A stretch of 64,000 nt of DNA from Candidatus Zhuqueibacterota bacterium (lineage in GTDB: Bacteria; Zhuqueibacterota; Zhuqueibacteria; Thermofontimicrobiales; Thermofontimicrobiaceae). This document shows, one piece after another, positions 60,207 to 64,000 of the stretch. The notes under the pieces are model-generated. The model was not told where the DNA came from and made no database searches. It was given only the letters and a program-made list of their open reading frames with translations. The translations under genes and the position numbers were made by a program. Position 1 is the first letter of the stretch. The number at the start of each line of letters is the position of its first letter. Location of the stretch: contig JBMOPW010000026.1 in assembly GCA_049322915.1 (NCBI GenBank), positions 128,001-192,000 of the forward strand, read 5' to 3'.

Positions 60207-60682
60207 GCGTGGGGTCGACATTTTGTCTGTGCGCCGTCAGATTTTCCCGTTTACCTTTACAGTACCGGCAGGTCGCGTACGACTCAATCTTTCAAGCCAT
60301 GCAAGGGCAATTTTCAGACCGCACTCTCTGGTTGCTCCCGTCGTGCCGCAAGCGCTTTTGTTATTCTGACCCTGGAAAAACGCTTCTGCCTGATCCGTTA
60401 TCCTCCCGACCCGCTTGTAAATCAATTCATTTCTGCCGCAACTATTCTGCCTGGCTTTGCGTAGAAGCAAGTAATTTTTAAAGTCTACCGCGGGAATTCC
60501 CTGTCCCGATTTATCCAGCGCGGAGAAATGATTGGAACGTATTTTCCCGAATCGGTGATCGGTTGGCAAGCCTATCGTACTACAATTCAATTGACAATTA
60601 CAATTCCCTCATCGTGCTTTTCATAATAAAAAATAGTTAGCTTTGAACGTTTCACATCGAAGTGAACGTAACAGGAGGAACC

Positions 60683-61783
60683 ATGAAATTGAAAAAAGGG
60701 CGAGTGATCTGGATAGTCCTCGGTGTGCTGGTTGTGGCTATTGTCCTGGTGCTTGTTTTAACGAATAGAGGCAATGATAAAGATAGCAAACGGGCCACTG
60801 TGAAAGTTGAAAAGCGGAATATTGTCGAAAAAGCGCTGGCCGTTGGGACCATTGATCCTGAGACTGAAATCGAAATTAAATCGAAAATTTCCGGCGTGGT
60901 GAAGAAGCTATTTATCGATGCCGGCAGTTATGTGAAAGCCAACGAGCCGATGCTGGAGATCCGGCCTGATCCCACGCCGCTGGAATTGGCTGAAGCGAAA
61001 CGAAACGTTGAGATGACAGAAATTTCACTGGTGAACTCGAAAAGCGAATTCAATCGCCTGAAACAGTTGAAAGAGCAAGGGCTCATTTCCGAGACGGAAT
61101 TCGAGAATAGTCAGCAGAATTACCAGGAAGCGAATCTGCGCCAGGAGATGGCCATGGAGAAATTAGCCCTGCTGGAAAAAGGAAAAATCACCATTGCGAA
61201 TACAGCCATTGAGACGGTTGTCAAAGCGCCGACCGATGGATTTGTGCTGGAGAAATTGATCGATGTGGGCGATCCGGTGGTGCCGCTCACCTCGTATCAG
61301 GCCGGAACGGTTATGTTCACAGTTGCTGATATGAAGCGGCTGTTATTCAAAGGGACAGTGGATGAAATTGATGTCGGCAAACTGGCAGAAGGGATGAAAG
61401 CGGAAATTCAGGTGGGCGCGCTGCCCGGCAAGCCGGTGGAGGGAGTCCTGAACAAAATATCACTCAAGGCCCGCAAGGAAGATAATACCACTGTGTTTCC
61501 GGTCGAAATTCTGGTGCACCTGGATGAGAGTCAGGTGCTGCGCGCAGGCTACTCGGCCAATGCTAATATCATCATCCAGCAAAAAGACAGCGTGCTGGCA
61601 ATTCCCGAACGCACGATCACCTTTCGCAATGATTCGGCATTTGTCCTAATCCCGGAAGGCGAACAGGGGCATAAAGAAGTGGCCATTAAAACCGGTCTCA
61701 GCGATGCCATTTATATCGAAGTCATTTCCGGGCTGAAACTGGATCAGGAGGTGCTGGAGAAAGAAGTGCAGGAGATTAAATAA
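60683..61783 (+). CDS. Efflux periplasmic adaptor (MacA-like MFP)
   Basis: IKSKISG, coiled coil, VKAPTDG, VDEIDVG, GYSANA, TGLSD. Confidence 0.92.
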   Translation: MKLKKGRVIWIVLGVLVVAIVLVLVLTNRGNDKDSKRATVKVEKRNIVEKALAVGTIDPETEIEIKSKISGVVKKLFIDAGSYVKANEPMLEIRPDPTPLELAEAKRNVEMTEISLVNSKSEFNRLKQLKEQGLISETEFENSQQNYQEANLRQEMAMEKLALLEKGKITIANTAIETVVKAPTDGFVLEKLIDVGDPVVPLTSYQAGTVMFTVADMKRLLFKGTVDEIDVGKLAEGMKAEIQVGALPGKPVEGVLNKISLKARKEDNTTVFPVEILVHLDESQVLRAGYSANANIIIQQKDSVLAIPERTITFRNDSAFVLIPEGEQGHKEVAIKTGLSDAIYIEVISGLKLDQEVLEKEVQEIK

Positions 61784-61962
61784 CCGCGTCGGGCGATTTC
61801 GCCATTTTGAAATCGGCAGGTACAGCAGCAATGCCTGATCTTTGACGCGGCGGGACCGACAGGCAGTGTCCCGATGCAGCGCTGTAATGGATTGCATGAA
61901 AAATCCGAAGGCGCCGGCGAATTGCGTCGTTCATTTTTACATACTAACAGGATCATTCGATC

Positions 61963-63195
61963 ATGAAATTTTTCAATGATATTGGAGAATTTCTCCGCGA
62001 CTTGCGAACCCAGAAACTGAGGACATTCCTGACTATTTTTGGCATCACCTGGGGCACGGTGGCCATTGTGGTTCTCCTGGCGTTTGGAAATGGTTTTCAA
62101 AGTCAGACCATGAAAACCATGCGCGGGCTGGGAGACAGCATCATCCTGCTTTTCCCTGGAAAGACAGCGAAACCGTACATGGGGATGGGCAAAGAGCGAT
62201 GGATACGTCTTCGCGACGAAGATGCGGATTTGCTGAAGAGTGAAATATCGCTGATTCATCAGGTGAGCCCTGAATATTCCACATGGAGTGTGCCTGTCCG
62301 GCTCAACGATAAAGTGAAAAATCCCAACATCACCGGCATTATCCCGATCTATTCTGATATGCGCAATGTCTTCCCTCGTCCCGGCAGCCGATTCATCAAT
62401 GAACTGGATATCGAATTAAAGCGGCGCGTCATCTTTTTAGGCGATGAACTGGCGGCATTTCTCTTCGGGGAGGTCGATCCGGTCGGGAAGTATGTCCATG
62501 TGGGGAGGATTCCGTTTCTTGTCATCGGTGTGATGATCCAAAAAGAGCAGGACTCCTCCTATAATTCGCGCGACAAAGACCGGGCGTTCATCCCGTCCAC
62601 GACATTTGCCGCGCTCTTTGGCCATCATTACGTGAATAACATTGTCATCAAATCGATTCATCCTACCATGTCGCCGCAGGTCATCGACCAGGTGTATAAA
62701 GTGCTGGGGAAAAAATATCGATTCGATCCGACCGATAAAGAGGCGCTGAGCATCTGGGACACGCAGGAATTTCAGAAGATGGTCTGGTACATTTTTTTAG
62801 GGATGAATATTTTCATGGGGATTATTGGCTCCTTCACGCTGACTGTGGGCGGCATTGGCGTGGCGAATATCATGTACGTGGTAGTTCAGGAGCGAACCCG
62901 CGAGATCGGCATCAAGCGGTCGGTGGGCGCGAAGAAGCGGCATGTGATGCTCCAGTTCTTCGTCGAAACGTTTTTCATCGTTTTCATCGGCGCGTTCATC
63001 GGCACACTCATTTCCATCGGGATTTTATTGATCCTATCGATTCTGCCCATTGAAGAATTCGTTGGCACACCGTCGGTATCCTGGTGGGTTGCCGGCGCTG
63101 CAATCGGTATTTTGGCGGCAATTGGTTTTATTGCCGGCTTTTTCCCGGCGCGCAAAGCCGCCAACCTCGATGTCATTGAATGCCTCAGATATTGA
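61963..63195 (+). CDS. ABC transporter permease (MacB/FtsX family)
   Basis: KLRTFLTIFGITWG, VGGIGVANIM..VV.ERTREIGI, GFFPARKAA. Confidence 0.93.
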   Translation: MKFFNDIGEFLRDLRTQKLRTFLTIFGITWGTVAIVVLLAFGNGFQSQTMKTMRGLGDSIILLFPGKTAKPYMGMGKERWIRLRDEDADLLKSEISLIHQVSPEYSTWSVPVRLNDKVKNPNITGIIPIYSDMRNVFPRPGSRFINELDIELKRRVIFLGDELAAFLFGEVDPVGKYVHVGRIPFLVIGVMIQKEQDSSYNSRDKDRAFIPSTTFAALFGHHYVNNIVIKSIHPTMSPQVIDQVYKVLGKKYRFDPTDKEALSIWDTQEFQKMVWYIFLGMNIFMGIIGSFTLTVGGIGVANIMYVVVQERTREIGIKRSVGAKKRHVMLQFFVETFFIVFIGAFIGTLISIGILLILSILPIEEFVGTPSVSWWVAGAAIGILAAIGFIAGFFPARKAANLDVIECLRY

Positions 63196-63338
63196 GCCCA
63201 TGTGACAGGATTCCCCTCCGCCGGAGAGCGGAGGGCTTTCGGGGATCGAATCCATGAGCCGCTTCCTGATCAGGGAAAATCCGGCGCTGCCCGATGAGCG
63301 CCAGTCGAAACGCATAAATTTAGAAAAGCGAGACTCCT

Positions 63339-64000
63339 ATGCCATTATGGATGTTGCTCAGTGACTTTTTCAATGATTTGAAAGTCAATAAAACCAGGGT
63401 ATTCCTGACCACATTTGCCATCACCTGGGGAACGCTGGCCATTGTCCTGCTGATGGCGTTCGGTCGCGGCTTTAAAACGCGAATCGTAACAAGCATGCTC
63501 AATGCCGGCAACCAGATCATTCATATTTACGGCGGTCAGACGAGCCTCAAATATCAGGGATTGCCCGAAGGCCGGTGGATTCGTTTCACCACGGAAGATG
63601 CGGATGTGATCAAACAGAGCATCCCGCAAATTCGGGAGGTGTCCCCAAGTTACGGCTGGTGGGGCGTGAGACTCAACTATCAAGGCAAAACTGCCTCAAC
63701 CTATCTGGAGGCGGTGTATCCGAATTTCGAATTCATTCGCACCATGTATCCCAAAGCCGGCGGCCGCTTTTTGAATGAAAAAGATCTGGATGAAAAACGG
63801 CGGACGATATTTTTGGGCTCGGTCATCACGAAGGAGCTATTTGGGGATGAAGACCCCATTGGAAAGACAGTGATGCTGGACGGAGTTCCCTTCACACTGG
63901 TCGGCGTGATGCAGAAAAAAATGCAGATGGGCATGAGCAACGGCCCGGATGACCGGCGCGCCATCATTCCCTTCACCACATTCGAGTCCCTGTATCCGCA
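63339..64000 (+). CDS. ABC transporter permease (MacB/FtsX family), truncated by window end
   Basis: MPLWMLLSDFFNDLKVNKTRVFLTTFAITWG, GRFLNE; paralog of the preceding gene. Confidence 0.9.
   Translation, partial: MPLWMLLSDFFNDLKVNKTRVFLTTFAITWGTLAIVLLMAFGRGFKTRIVTSMLNAGNQIIHIYGGQTSLKYQGLPEGRWIRFTTEDADVIKQSIPQIREVSPSYGWWGVRLNYQGKTASTYLEAVYPNFEFIRTMYPKAGGRFLNEKDLDEKRRTIFLGSVITKELFGDEDPIGKTVMLDGVPFTLVGVMQKKMQMGMSNGPDDRRAIIPFTTFESLYP

Noticed and set aside
60203..60660. Small ORFs or a sigma54 promoter upstream of the efflux operon
   Set aside because: The ORFs lack motifs and an RBS; TTGGCAAGCCTATCGT has GT instead of the -12 GC
1..64000. rRNA, tRNA, tmRNA, RNase P, prophage or transposase genes
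   Set aside because: No signature sequences recognised by eye; a covariance-model scan would be needed to exclude them fully

Overview
Chromosomal window from a Gram-negative FCB-group bacterium. C-terminal FlgD/T9SS-like sorting domains, CarboxypepD-type TonB receptors and tricorn protease suggest KSB1/Calditrichota-like affinity (inference). From left to right it holds: (1) a phytate/inositol utilisation locus (beta-propeller phytase, TonB receptor, LacI, PfkB kinase, OPA-type MFS, IolG), into which a four-layer nested mobile element carrying a GxxExxY gene has inserted; (2) housekeeping, envelope and proteolysis genes; (3) a BglII/BstYI-type R-M pair with a frameshifted nuclease; (4) glycosyltransferase and radical SAM genes, and a MITE-bracketed DUF4258/YgiT module; (5) a 14-kb tandem array of four paralogous ~1000-aa secreted proteins with a conserved scaffold, hypervariable aromatic-rich segments and DNA-homogenised 3' ends, interrupted by toxin-antitoxin genes and followed by a lipoprotein and a TonB receptor; (6) the start of a MacAB-like ABC efflux operon. 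Five copies of a 161-bp MITE and several families of short inverted-repeat arrays are dispersed through the window. No rRNA, tRNA, CRISPR array, integrase, transposase or reverse transcriptase was recognised. All family calls come from motif recognition by eye, not database searches.
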